Shown in pieces: positions 22,331-35,239 of a stretch of 64,000 nt of DNA; within the stretch, counting starts at the first letter, position 1; each line of letters begins with the position of its first letter. The position numbers and the translations under genes are program-made. Under the pieces are notes generated by a model. The model was not told the DNA's origin, did not search any database, and saw only the letters and a list, made by a program, of their open reading frames with translations. The stretch is taken from contig CAXHJY010001289.1 of the NCBI GenBank assembly GCA_964016885.1, positions 23,388 through 87,387 on the forward strand. Direction: 5' to 3'. The stretch is from Eledone cirrhosa (taxonomy: Eukaryota).

Positions 22331-25300
22331 ATGGCTGGTTTACGTGTTGGAACCGTGAATGTGCGTGGCCTAGGGATGCCCTGGAAACAGGGCCAACTTT
22401 TAAACGACCTTAGGTCACACAGTATGGATGTGATAGCCATCACCGAGTCCAGAATCCACAACAGGCAGCAACTAACCCCCATCTTCGACGACTTTGAGAT
22501 CTACGCATCTCTCTGTCAGCCAGGAGGTGGAGGTGGAGTGGCTGTTATGTTTCGGAAGAACCTGGACGTCGGAGTACAGCAAGTACACTTGGACCCGGAG
22601 GGTAGACTGGTAGTCCTAGACGTGAACAGTATCGGAGGTGGAGCCTTCAGACTGGTGGCCGTTTATGCCCCGACCGGGCAATCGCAATCACGGCCAGACT
22701 TCTTTAAGCATCTAGAGTCTTTTCTGGGAACGTCTCGCTCCTTACTTTTAGTGGGGGACTGGAATGGTATCCTAGATGCACGATGGGACTATGTGAGAGC
22801 ATGTCCCATGACCATGCGGGGTGCAACAGTCTCAAAACTTTAATCGGCCAATTCCAACTGGCCGATAGGTATCGACTGGATTTCCCGACTGCACCACAGT
22901 GGACGTGGGTAAACCGTAGTGGGACATCTAGATCGTATTTAGATAGGTTCTTCATTAGAGAAAGGGACAAGGATATGTTAAGCTGTACACGAATGCACAT
23001 GGTTGCCTATTCAGATCACAAGTTAGTCGTCTGCTTAGTCAACCGTGATAGAATACATAAACAGGGTCCCGGATACTGGAAGCTGAACGTGTCGTTGCCG
23101 GCACGTAAAGCTTACAGTGAACGGATAAGTAAACTAGTCAAGCAACAGTTTACGGGAGCCATCGTCAACAATAGATGGTGGTACTCTCTCAAGAAATCAA
23201 TTAGAATAGAATCGATAGGTTATAGCAGAGAGTTAGCCTTAGAGAAAAACAGAATAGAAAGAGAACTAGTAGCCAAGGTAGAGGAGGCACTTAGAAGTGG
23301 CAACGCGGCTAGAGTGTTAGCGTCGAGAACGGCACTGGACCAGTTCTTCGATGCGAAACACGAAGGCTGCGTGGTCAGAAGCAAAACACGTGTTCTAGGA
23401 AACGAAGGAGCGAAAGCTGTCAGCTGGGCCCGAGTGGCGGAGGCAAAAATTGGCAACAAGTCCACGATTCGGTCTTTGAAAGACCAAAACGGACGCGTGC
23501 TACTTGACCCCAAGCAAATGTGCGCGGCCTTTCAGCCGCACTTTGCGCGACTGTTTGAGCAGAACGACGGTGAGCCGAACGGGGCAATGGACTTTAGTTC
23601 ATACCTCGACGGCCTGCCGCGTCTCTCGAACACGGACGCCGAGTTCTGCGAAAGACCGATCACGGACACTGAGATACGGGACGCTCTGGGCCGCTGCGGG
23701 AAACGCAAGTCACCCGGTCTAGATGGTCTACCCTACGAATTTTACATAGGCATGCGGGACTTGTTCTCTGGCGTCCTCGAAGCCGTCTACTGCAATTGGC
23801 AGCAGAACGGGAGAATTCCCAGTTCTGCAGGCAAGGGCGTAGTAACGCTGATCAGGAAAGACGAGAACAAGGGGGACGAAATTAACAACTTCAGGCCCAT
23901 AACTCTGCTCAACACAGAGTTAAAGATTTTGGCCAAGGTGCTAGCGACGAGGTTGGCGCTTGTCGAGAACCTGGTAGGGAAAGCGCAAACGTGTGCAATC
24001 CCGACCAGGTCCATACACGACAACCTCCACCTCATGCGATACATCATAGAGAGGGTGGGTAGTAAACCCGGCTTCGGTGGGGCTCTGATCAACTTGGATC
24101 AGTCTAAGGCATTCGATAGGGTCGACCATCGATACTTGGAAGCGGTTCTCAAGGCGGCCGGTTTCGGTCCCGTGTTCAGAGGATGGATCGAGGCGATGCA
24201 CACCAGCATCTGCTCGAGGGTCAAGGTGAACGGCTACCTATCGGAGCCGTTCGCAATCACGCGTTCCATTCGACAGGGATGCCCTCTCTCCTCCATTCTG
24301 TATGTATTGACTCTAGAGCCACTACTGCGGAAATTGGAGCTGTTGCAGGGCATCCCCTAGAACCGGGACTGCGCAAAGCGGCGTCGGCTTATGCCGACGA
24401 CGTGACAGTAATGGTGTCGAGCACCTCGGAAATCGGGGTGATCGGCAACATACTGAAAGAATACGAAACGCTGACGGGAGCAAAACTAAATCCAGACAAG
24501 TCTGTCGGTTTGCAACTCGGTACGTGGAGAGGCAAACCGATGACATCCGACAGCGTCGTTGGACGCTGGACGGACGGACTGGTGAAATTGCTCGGGGTCT
24601 GGTTCGGTCCAGACCTCCAGGTGGAGAAAAACTGGAACGAGGTCACGGCCAAGGTGTTTGCACTCACTCAGAAGTGGGCAGAGTGCAAACTGTCCTTGAA
24701 AGGTCGAGCGGAGGTGGCGAACACTTTCATAGCGTCCGTCATCTACTACCGCTTGACTGTCGTGCCTTGTCCCCGTGAACACCTCGCCAAGATGGAACGC
24801 ATGCTCTTCCAGTTTCTGTGGAAGAAGCAGGCTCCGCTGGTGAGGAGATCCGTCTGCTGTCAGCACCCTTCCAACGAAGGGCTGGGAATGCCGTGGCTGA
24901 TGATGCGCAAACATGCGCTGAGGCTGCGGCATCTCCAGGTATTCCTCACCGACCCCCAACCGGTGTGGGCACCGTTTGTGAGACAGGCTTTCCCACAGCT
25001 CGTCTCGCTAACGGAGCTGCAGTCCTGGGTGAAGAAAAGACCGAAAACGATGGCCGCCTGGCACATTGAATGCGCTCAGGCGCTCACAGTCCTCTGGCAA
25101 GCGGGCGCAGCAATCAGTGGAGACTCCACTTCGACATTCTATAGAGGGATTGTACGTTACAAGGGCGACGACGTGCTCGGAGAGACTCTGGGCGTCGAAG
25201 TCGATGAGCTCACCAGTATGTTTGGTAGGACTTTCCGCCCGGGACCTATGGACAACTTCCAGAGGTCCCTGGCCTGGCAGTGCTACCGAGGAGCTCTACC

Positions 25301-25774
25301 GGTTCGTGACAAGATCTACAGGCACGGACGCCCTGGCAGGGATCCTGCCAAGAGGACGTGTCCAAGATGTGCGCAGGACATTGAAACAGTTCTGCACGCA
25401 ATTGTACACTGCCCGGGCGTAAGCGACCTGTGGAACTATGCAGAACAACTGCTGTCGCGTATGGGACAAATACAGTTGACTGCCGAGTCCATAGTAAGGA
25501 TCAAACCGCCAGACTCTTTCAAAAACGAAAGAGAGGCGGTTTTCCTCTGTACGGTGGCTATGGTGAAAGAAGTTATATGGTGGACGAGGTTGAGAGGACT
25601 GAGGACAGATGCCTTTCTCTCCGGACAACAATTGATTCCCTTCTTTAAGTATCACTTTAGAAGGAGAATCAGTTGGAGAGAGAGGCACTACACCCCAGTA
25701 AATTTACTGAAAGGTGGGTGAATGAAGCGCAAATGGCCCGAGTGATTGGGCCTTCTCTGTTTATAAGCCTGTAG
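22331..25774 (+). pseudogene. ORF2 of copy 4, frameshifted
   Basis: Colinear with the 1145-aa ORF2; frameshifts near 22805, 24355 and 25670. Confidence 0.9.
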
Positions 25775-26006
25775 GTTGAGGAATGGAGCAAAAGGAAGAA
25801 AGGAGCACTTGCACAACACGCTCCTTGAGTTGAGGGTTGTTCTATTGACGGGGTATTAAACAACCCATTTGTGGCGCCTCCCCCCTATTGGGGATTTCGA
25901 TTGTTGAAATTGTTTGTTTTTATATTTTTTACACGACTGTATGTAAAATCCCCGGCATGTTTTGTATTGTCCCCTTTCTTGTTGCGCCCTTGTGGCTAAT
26001 AAAGAA

Positions 26007-26060
<54 letters not shown>

Positions 26061-26083
26061 ATATATATATATATATATATATA

Positions 26084-26131
<48 letters not shown>

Positions 26132-26185
26132 TTTACATATCTATATATATATATAATATATATATGTGTATATATATATATTATA

Positions 26186-26248
<63 letters not shown>

Positions 26249-26310
26249 CCTTGACGGAACTAGCATGTATTTTAACTGCTAGGACCGGTTGCAACTCCAT
26301 ATATATATAT

Positions 26311-26487
26311 ATAAGAAAAGAGTCAGGATGCCGACGGCTGAGGTCCGGCTGTTTCGACAGTTAGATATGTACTGTTCAGATCGACCTCGGAGCTCACACG
26401 TCGGTGGCCTGACTCTTTTCTTATTACCCTAAGTATTGAGTACTCTGGTGCGTTATGGTCCCCGTGGTATCTTACCACCCCCCTTTG

Positions 26488-26492
<5 letters not shown>
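26311..26492 (+). mobile_element. PLE-type terminus (family B-related) with inverted duplication
   Basis: Arms ataagaaaagagtcagg/cctgactcttttcttat; tail ccctaagtattgagtactctggtgcgttatggtc shared with 29190, 30860 and 33297. Confidence 0.7.
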
Positions 26493-26520
<28 letters not shown>

Positions 26521-26607
26521 CGTAGGTCCCGGGTTGAGTCGGGGATAACCACAGTAAGTAAGGTACTCAATGCATGGCAGAGTAAATTTTTTTTATTTTA
26601 TAGAAGG

Positions 26608-26658
26608 AGCTTCTACAGGACTAGTACTGTTTCATTCAGATGAAATCTTCAGGAAGCT
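26608..26658 (-). ncRNA. Type-I hammerhead ribozyme (family A)
   Basis: Minus strand: agcttc-CTGAAGA-tttc atct gaat-GAAACAG tactagtc CTGTA-gaagct. Confidence 0.88.
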
Positions 26659-27199
26659 GGGTGTCATATTAAGTTCTGGTATTTATACATTTAGGTAGTG
26701 GTAAGGGAGGGGTGGTGGATGGGGGGTGGGGGGGATGGTATTTAGATACATAGGACCACAAGAGGATTGGTTAACATTGGTAGCAGACAGAAAAGTCTAT
26801 CAGGGCAGTAGGTGCGGTGTGGGGTGGCTGAACTTGCCTGTAGAACAATAGCGCAGAGGGTAGAGCCGGTCAAGCGTTGAAGGTGAAATCTACACGGCAA
26901 ATTCTAAGGAATGTGTATGAAAGTATGCCAGGGAAGGTAGGCGAAAAAAGATTTCTTTAGAAAATGGAGTAGGGACTTTTTAGAAAAGGTAAATCAAATG
27001 AGATTAGGAGACAAAAAAAAAATATAATAAAGAAGAATATAAAAAAATGAGAGACAGATATATCAGAATGTAAAGTTGGAAAGTGAGAGGTGAAATAAAA
27101 CAAAAACTAAGGAGTCTAACACATCTGCTACATTTAGTTGATGCTGCTTTTTCGGCCAATTCTGTAGATTGGGTTGCTACATGAGTATTATTGAAAGTA

Positions 27200-28271
27200 G
27201 TACAGACCGTCTCCGTAAACAACTTATCAACTTTTTTCCGGGACTGGTGTTTTAAAATCACCCTACAAACGTCCCTAACCCGAGTAAATTTCCTGGACGT
27301 TACCCTCAACCTCGAAAATGATCTGTACTACTCATAGAGGAAACCAAACTTCAACCTGCACTACATCCACCGCCGCTCTAACCATCCTAGAAACATCACC
27401 AACAATCTGGTTAAAAACATCTCCCTCCGCATATCTCGTTTGTCACCTAATGAGCAGATATTCGACGAACATGCCCCTCATTACAACCAGGCCCCTAAGC
27501 GGTGTGGCTTCCGGGAAGAAATATCCTTTTATCCAGCTTCCCTTAGCGGAACCAGCAGGCGACCACGCCGCTCACGCCACGTAACGTGGTTCAATCCTCC
27601 CCCACAATGCCGAGGTGGCAACACCAATCGGGAAACTCTTCAATAGGCTCCTCGAAAAAGACTTTCCACCACAAAACCGCTACACAACATAATCAACTAA
27701 AACACTATCAAGCTATCCTACAGCACCACACGTAACTTCGTACAAAACAACGTCTCCTCAAACAACAAAAAACTCAACCCCTATGGAAGAAACAACCTAA
27801 ATATTAGTGGAGAACCGACCAGCAGGTGTAACTGCCCTGATAGATCTTCGAGCCCCCTCAACAACAGATGCCGAGAACGTAACGTGATCTACCAGTGCAA
27901 CGTGAGGATGGACACCTCCAACAAAGCTTATATAGTATTAACCGCTTGTTACTTTAAGACCCAACACCGACATACAACACCAACATACGTTCCGAAACAC
28001 GGTCCGGCGACATGCCAACACACTTTCGGGCCATATCTGGGCCCTCCAAGATAATAATATAACTTACCATCTTACTTGGAGCTTACTGTCCAGAGCTAAC
28101 TCTTACACGGCAGGATGCCGTCCATGTAACTTATGCTCGGAGGAAACATTACAAATGCTGTTTACGAAGGATCAACTCTTAAACAGAAAATATGAACTGG
28201 TAACTGCATGCAAACACAGATTGCGGAAGACTTACCTCGCCCTCAAACCCCCTAACGATCCGGGTGGGTAG
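27200..28271 (+). pseudogene. Disrupted PLE RT-thumb + GIY-YIG ORF
   Basis: VNFLDVTLNL, YIHRRSNHP, VTWFNPP, RCNC, NVIYQC, CNLCSEE, ACKH, with stops and frameshifts. Confidence 0.85.
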
Positions 28272-29059
28272 ACGAGAGCTGAAACACCCACTTGCCGATA
28301 AATATGGGGAAAACCACAAATTATATAGGTAGATGTACCCCTTTTCTTTTCCTCTATGTTTTCTTCTTCACTTTGTCTCCGCCTATCACTTCTTTCCACC
28401 ACCGGACTTCTTCCTCGTTCGTTCCTTTGTTTTTTTTTCCTCCCTTTTCGCCTACCCGACGCAGCCCATCGGACCTCTTTAGCCTCAGTACCCCCACCCC
28501 AGTATCTTACAGATAGCATTCGCTGATTACGCTATACTAACTAATCATAGCAGCTGTGTTCGACCCCAGAGATGTGGTATTAATTTTTAATACACAATTT
28601 TAATTTTCAATAATTCTCATGTAGCAACCCAATCTATAGCATTGGCCGAAAAAGCAGCACCAACTAAATATAGCAGATGTGTTAGACGCCTTAGTTTTTG
28701 TTTTATTTCACCTCTCACTTTCCAACTGATATATATGTCTCCCATTTTATATATTCTTTTTTATTATATTTACTCTTTTTGCCCTAATCTCATTCATTTT
28801 ACCTTTTCTATAAAGTCCCTCCTCCATTTCTAAAGAAACCTTTTTCCCCTACCTCCCTGGCCTACTTTCATAAACATTCCTTAGAATTTGCCGCATAGAT
28901 TTCACCTTCAACGCTTGACCGGCTCTACCCACTCCCCTATTGTTCTAAAGGCAAGTTCAGCCACCCCACACCGCACCTACTGCCATGATAGATTTTCTGT
29001 GTCTGCTACAAATGTTAACCAATCCTATTGACAAATACAATCTTCCCATATAAAGAAGT

Positions 29060-29252
29060 ACCCCTTGAAAGTTTCGGCTATTTATTTACCAGACTAAAAA
29101 AACTCATACTTTAGTCCAGATATTGCCGTCAAAACGGCTTGAGCTCAGCCGTCGGGGTCATACGTTCTCCTATTTCCCACTCTACTGCCCTAAGTATTCA
29201 GTACTCTGGTGCGGCATGATCCATCTGGTTCCGTACCACAACTCCTTCGTTA
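29060..29252 (+). mobile_element. Family B terminus with a degenerate long-helix-II hammerhead (29060-29158)
   Basis: acccc-TTGAAAG-..cggc..gactaaa..tttagtc..gccg-tcAAAACGGC ttgagctca GCCGTC-ggggt; other copies have GAAAC. Confidence 0.6.
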
Positions 29253-29371
29253 TATATATATATATTATTAAGCTAAAATTATCAGGCTAAATTCACTTTA
29301 GTCAAAAATACGGTAAAAACTATTCTATTTTCTAATTTCAAACCTGCTCACTGTTTCAAAACATACTTACT

Positions 29372-30114
<743 letters not shown>

Positions 30115-30144
30115 AGTGGTTACACAACAGTTAGTTCACCATAG

Positions 30145-30182
30145 CGAGAACAATTGTTTCACCTTAGCGGATCCTCAGCTCG
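30145..30182 (-). ncRNA. Minimal type-I hammerhead inside a 65-bp-arm inverted repeat (30114-30251)
   Basis: Minus strand: cgag-CTGAGGA-tcc gctaa ggt-GAAAC AATT GTT-ctcg; the plus arm repeats the core without the 5' helix I strand. Confidence 0.8.
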
Positions 30183-30379
30183 TAATCTGAGGATCCGCTA
30201 AGGTGAAACAATTGTTCTCGGTATGGTGAACTAACTGTTGGGTAACCACTTCTACCTAACTCGTCCCATGGACTGAGCGCTCTACCACTACGGATATTAC
30301 CTTCCAGTGTTCTACCACTATATATATATATCTAAGGCGGGTAAAATTCCCGAGATCCATGGACGAGTTCTTTCCATGG

Positions 30380-30580
30380 ACGAGTTCTTTCTCTGTCCCT
30401 CATTATCGCTGGCATGTCCTGCGTCTCCAACAGACCAGTGTCTGTCCTTAGGGCATCAACATACGTTAACCTTGGTCTTCCTCTTCTAGTGTCTCCATGT
30501 AGGGAGCATCCCAAAGTCAGCTCAAAATTGACACAGAGGAGACTGAGGTTAGCTGGACATGCTCACCAACATCCAGAGTT

Positions 30581-30583
<3 letters not shown>
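30380..30583 (-). mobile_element. RTE-type LINE 3' fragment with 5' inversion
   Basis: Minus strand HGDTRRGRPRLTYVDAL; plus strand QRRLRLAGHAHQHPEL. Confidence 0.7.
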
Positions 30584-30626
<43 letters not shown>

Positions 30627-30711
30627 GAAAAATTGAACAGGGACAGAACAGAGAGGCAGTACAATAAATGTTTATTAAATTCACGCTCAGGAGAGTGGGG
30701 GGTAGGTGGGG

Positions 30712-30745
30712 GACGACGTTTCGGTCATAAGCCCTTCTTCAGGTG
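30712..30745 (-). ncRNA. Minimal hammerhead core, weak helix I
   Basis: Minus strand: cac-CTGAAGA-aggg cttatga cc-GAAACGTC-gtc. Confidence 0.6.
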
Positions 30746-30796
30746 AGAAGTGTGTGGGAACAGAGTTAAAGGTTTGTAGGGGAGTGGTGGAGAGAC

Positions 30797-30830
<34 letters not shown>

Positions 30831-30834
30831 ATAT

Positions 30835-31038
30835 ATAACGAAGGAAATGTGGTAAGGAACCAGGTGGACCATAACGCACCAAAGTACTCAATACTTAGGG
30901 TAGTAGAGTGGGTAATTGGAACGAGTAGGACCTCGACGGCTGAGCTTAAGCCGTTTCGACGGCTAATTCTGGACTAAATTTTAGTCCAGAATTAGCCGTC
31001 GAAACGGCTTGAGCTCAGTAGTCGAGGTTCTACTCGTT

Positions 31039-31041
<3 letters not shown>
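30835..31041 (-). mobile_element. Family B terminus with inverted duplication centred near 30979
   Basis: Arms 30918-30978 and 30980-31040 each carry GAAACGGC-tt(a/g)agctca-G..GTC. Confidence 0.8.
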
Positions 31042-31111
<70 letters not shown>

Positions 31112-31510
31112 ACATATACATATATTACATATATTCATGTGTATGTGGAGAGGTGTTTACCAGCTTCGTGCGCGTACATCTGTGACTCAGTCTATCTCCG
31201 ATTGATGGAATCGAAAATACGAATTCTGAAATTCTGATAGTTTTCACTGACTCGTTAATGACGAATTTGAAGCTGAACAAAAAAGAGGCTAATTATTAGT
31301 TTTAACTTTCAGTTGTCTCCTTCGTAAAACGAAGAATTCCTCAATTATTTAATTAAATGCTGTCTATACGTCTTTTCAAACAAAGGACCATATACATAAA
31401 ATATATATATATATGTGTGGTGTGCATGTGTGTGTGTGTGTGGTGGTGTGTGTGTGTGTATGTGTGTGTATGTGTGTATTAGTGTATGTGTGTTTGTGTA
31501 TTTGGATGTG

Positions 31511-31549
<39 letters not shown>

Positions 31550-31677
31550 CCTAGTATGTTTATATATCAGTAACAGGCTACAATAATGGCCATTAATTAG
31601 ATAAAATTAGAGAAAGGAGGAAATTCGAAAATAATTATGCTTTCTCGCTCCTTGCAAAAGAGAAATTATATATATAT

Positions 31678-31725
<48 letters not shown>

Positions 31726-32137
31726 TGTAATAATATATGGTGTAAAAATATATAAAATACATATTGACTTTGTATTTGATTAAGTATATATGTATATATG
31801 TATACTTTACAAATATATTCAAACAATCGTCTCTTTATTCCACGCAGCGAATATTTAGTTTGGAGTATTTTCGTTCTCAGTAAATATAGGCTATTTAATT
31901 AGGCAGAAGCTTCATTCTTGTTTGCACGTTGTTAATTTCACATTTCCATGGCTATTATTTCGTGAAAAGCAATTTATTTCATTAGACAACTGTAATTCAT
32001 TATAGAAAGTGTACATATATATATTTTCTGTCATTCCTACGAAATTACATGTTTTTCGTCTATTGAAAATGTATTATACTAGTGTATATAAATATGGATA
32101 TAAGCGTGTGATATATATATAAATTTATATATATGTA

Positions 32138-32524
<387 letters not shown>

Positions 32525-32565
32525 TTGCAAAAGACAGTGGTTAAATATAGGAGTGATTAGGATTT

Positions 32566-32619
<54 letters not shown>

Positions 32620-32950
32620 GGGGCAAAGAGGAGAGAGAAAGAGAGACAGAGAGAGTGAGAAAAGGGGGATGGCAGGGGAAAAATATGTATTTTCTAATGT
32701 GTAAAGGAACGAAACTCTATTTCTTGATACACTCATATTTTTTAGACGGGAATTATATAAGTATTAATATAATACTGCTTTATACTCTAAAGTTTGATTT
32801 TTAATTGAAGGTATAGGATCACTTATCTATTGTTTCCGGTTAGATATATAATTCATAGATATTGTATTTTATATAAAGATTCCAAACTATACTGACGATA
32901 TCATTTTTATAATTTGACTGATCTCATAAAACATACATATGCATATATAT

Positions 32951-33130
32951 TTAATATAGAAATGGCTTCTACAGGACTAGAACTGTTTCATTCAGGGGAA
33001 ACCATCATGATTTCCTCCGAATGAAGCAGTTCTAGTCCTGTAGAAGCCATTTGTATATTAAATTACTTTTACTCTGCTATGTATTGAGTACCTTACTTAC
33101 TGTGGTTATCCCCGATTTAACCCGGTATCT
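32951..33130 (+). mobile_element. Family A pLTR terminus with inverted half-hammerheads
   Basis: Arms 32951-33001 and 33010-33061; 33070-33125 matches the reverse complement of 26529-26586. Confidence 0.8.
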
Positions 33131-33159
33131 ATATATATATATATATATATATAAATAGT

Positions 33160-33358
33160 AGAAAGTATGAACCTGACGGCAGAGCTCAAGCCGTGTCGAC
33201 GGCTATTTCAGTCCAGAAAGAGCCATCGAAACGGCTTGAGCTCTGCCGTCGGGGTCATACGTCGTACGTACTTTATCCTATTACCCACTCTACTACCCTA
33301 AGTATTGAGTACTCTGGTGCGTTATGGTCCATCTGGTTCCTTACCACAACTCCTTCGG

Positions 33359-33360
<2 letters not shown>
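33160..33360 (+). mobile_element. Family B terminus with inverted half-hammerhead
   Basis: GAAACGGC ttgagctct GCCGTC ggggtc plus upstream inverted copy and shared family B tail. Confidence 0.8.
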
Positions 33361-33397
<37 letters not shown>

Positions 33398-33839
33398 ATA
33401 TATATACATACTTACATGCATGCATACTCACATACGGGCATACACACACATACATACATACACACATACATACGCACACACAAACATACATACATTCAAA
33501 CATACATACATACCTACATACCTACATACATACACACACATACATGCATACATACATATCTACATAGATAAATACATATATACATACATTCATGATGCCA
33601 GTCACTCTGTGAACGGGCGTGGCTATCAAACTACATTAGCTTCTGGTCAAGTGGTGACTTACAATGTTTTGCACAGCCGTGTAATGTTCTCAATGTAAAA
33701 GTTTGGCCTCCTGATGACATTGTGCACTTTCATGAGCCTTTTCAGGTCGCCAGCAGATCTGCATACTTTGTCATAGTTTATGCATATCTAATTGTAGTTC
33801 CGGTTATGGCAATTTGGTAATCGGCAGGGGTTCTATATT

Positions 33840-35165
33840 CATGCAAATATGACATTTCTTACCAGCCTCGCTAAATTTAATATTCCAGACATCACTACTT
33901 TATTGAGGTAAATCGAAACAAGACCCTTTGTGATATCTCTTTTAATGTTCTCATGTTGTACCCGATATGTCTCGAAAACAATTTTACCTTCACAGACCAT
34001 CTTTCTCCATCTACCTCGAGCAAACGCTTCAGATTCCCATGATGCTAGTTCGTCGTATAAGAGAGTTCTTATAACTCTTCCTGGGCTTTTGAGGTGCTCG
34101 CTCTCCACTGGCCATTTCTCCATACAGCATCCATTTGGGAGGCCAGCTGTTATACATGTGCACCATCTGACTACACTATCTCAGCATGTTTTTAAAACCA
34201 GAGATCGATGCTTTCACAAGAAACTCGATGTCACTCATTTGTTTTCTCTCCAGTCAATTCCAGCAATCCATCTGAAACTGATTTCCTGAAACCTTCCAAG
34301 ATGTTTGTAGTTATAGTGATGCCTGTAAGTTACAAATGTTTCACATGCATGCAGAGATGATGTGAAAACACATGCATTGTACACTTTTAATTCCGTCTGA
34401 AGTAAGGTCCTATGTTGTGACCGTAAACACGCCTCAAGCTTTCCAAAACATGACTTTCTCTGAATCCTGGATTTAATTCATCATTCAGGCTACAAGACAT
34501 GGTCACGATGTTTCGAATGTAAACAGAATGTTCTACTAAAACATACACAAACATATTAGCCTCTCTATATTGTTTTTAAGGCGCAAATTGCAGTATGAAC
34601 ACGGTTTTCTTGAGACGTATTGTCAGCTCCAAGGCTCTGTAAACCTTCTCAAGAGCATCCATTAGGTGTTGCATAGCCTACTATGTGTGAGTCACAATGC
34701 CACATCGCTCGACATAGAATAAATCCCTCACCAATATCAAAAACACATTTGTCTGCCTTAAAAGGTCTGATATTGAAGATATTTCTAGTTGTTTGATAGC
34801 GGGAATAAACACCATATTCACAGTCCCTGAAAACCAGTTGAAATACAATTACGAAGTACAATGCAAAGAGTGAACGACCAAGAATATCTCTTTGCTTCAC
34901 TCCATTTCTGAAATTTCTGAGTTCAAATAATTTCCACCGATATCTATACTGTCATAAAATCCTTTCAAAATACTTCAGGGCGACCAAGGGTCCCACATTT
35001 CTCCACATAACTCCTCTTTTCACCGTGTCAAAATCCTTAGTGAGAGCAACAAAGATTTGGTACAAATCTGTACATTGTTCTAAGCACTTCTTTTGCAATT
35101 TGCGTAAGCAACCGAGCCAACAAAACCTTCGCAACCATAGAGAGCAAAGGTATGCCTCGATAGAC
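33840..35165 (-). mobile_element. Degenerate RTE (BovB-like) LINE
   Basis: YRGIPLLSMVAKVLLARLL, LQKKCLEQ..LYQIFVALTKDFDTV, GVKQRDIL..SLFALYF; many disruptions. Confidence 0.75.
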
Positions 35166-35239
35166 AGACGTAAACATATAAATACATATATACATATATA
35201 TATCCACACACCCACACACACACATATATATATATGTAT

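Larger units (their letters stand above)
20641..26007 (+). mobile_element. Tx1 copy 4 (diverged subfamily), lacks 5'UTR, frameshifted
   Basis: ORF1 and ORF2 homologues; AATAAA at 25998-26003 followed by (ATCT)n. Confidence 0.92.
26521..29026 (+). mobile_element. 5'-truncated Penelope-like element with inverted 3' region/pLTR at its 5' end
   Basis: 26763-27197 is the reverse complement of 28604-29026; the left arm continues to a hammerhead and a (TA)n junction. Confidence 0.88.

Noticed and set aside
26245-26300. TTGACGG-ctagca/tgctag-GACCGGTT island in a TA tract
   Set aside because: Possibly a decayed hammerhead, but both core boxes are broken and there is no helix I
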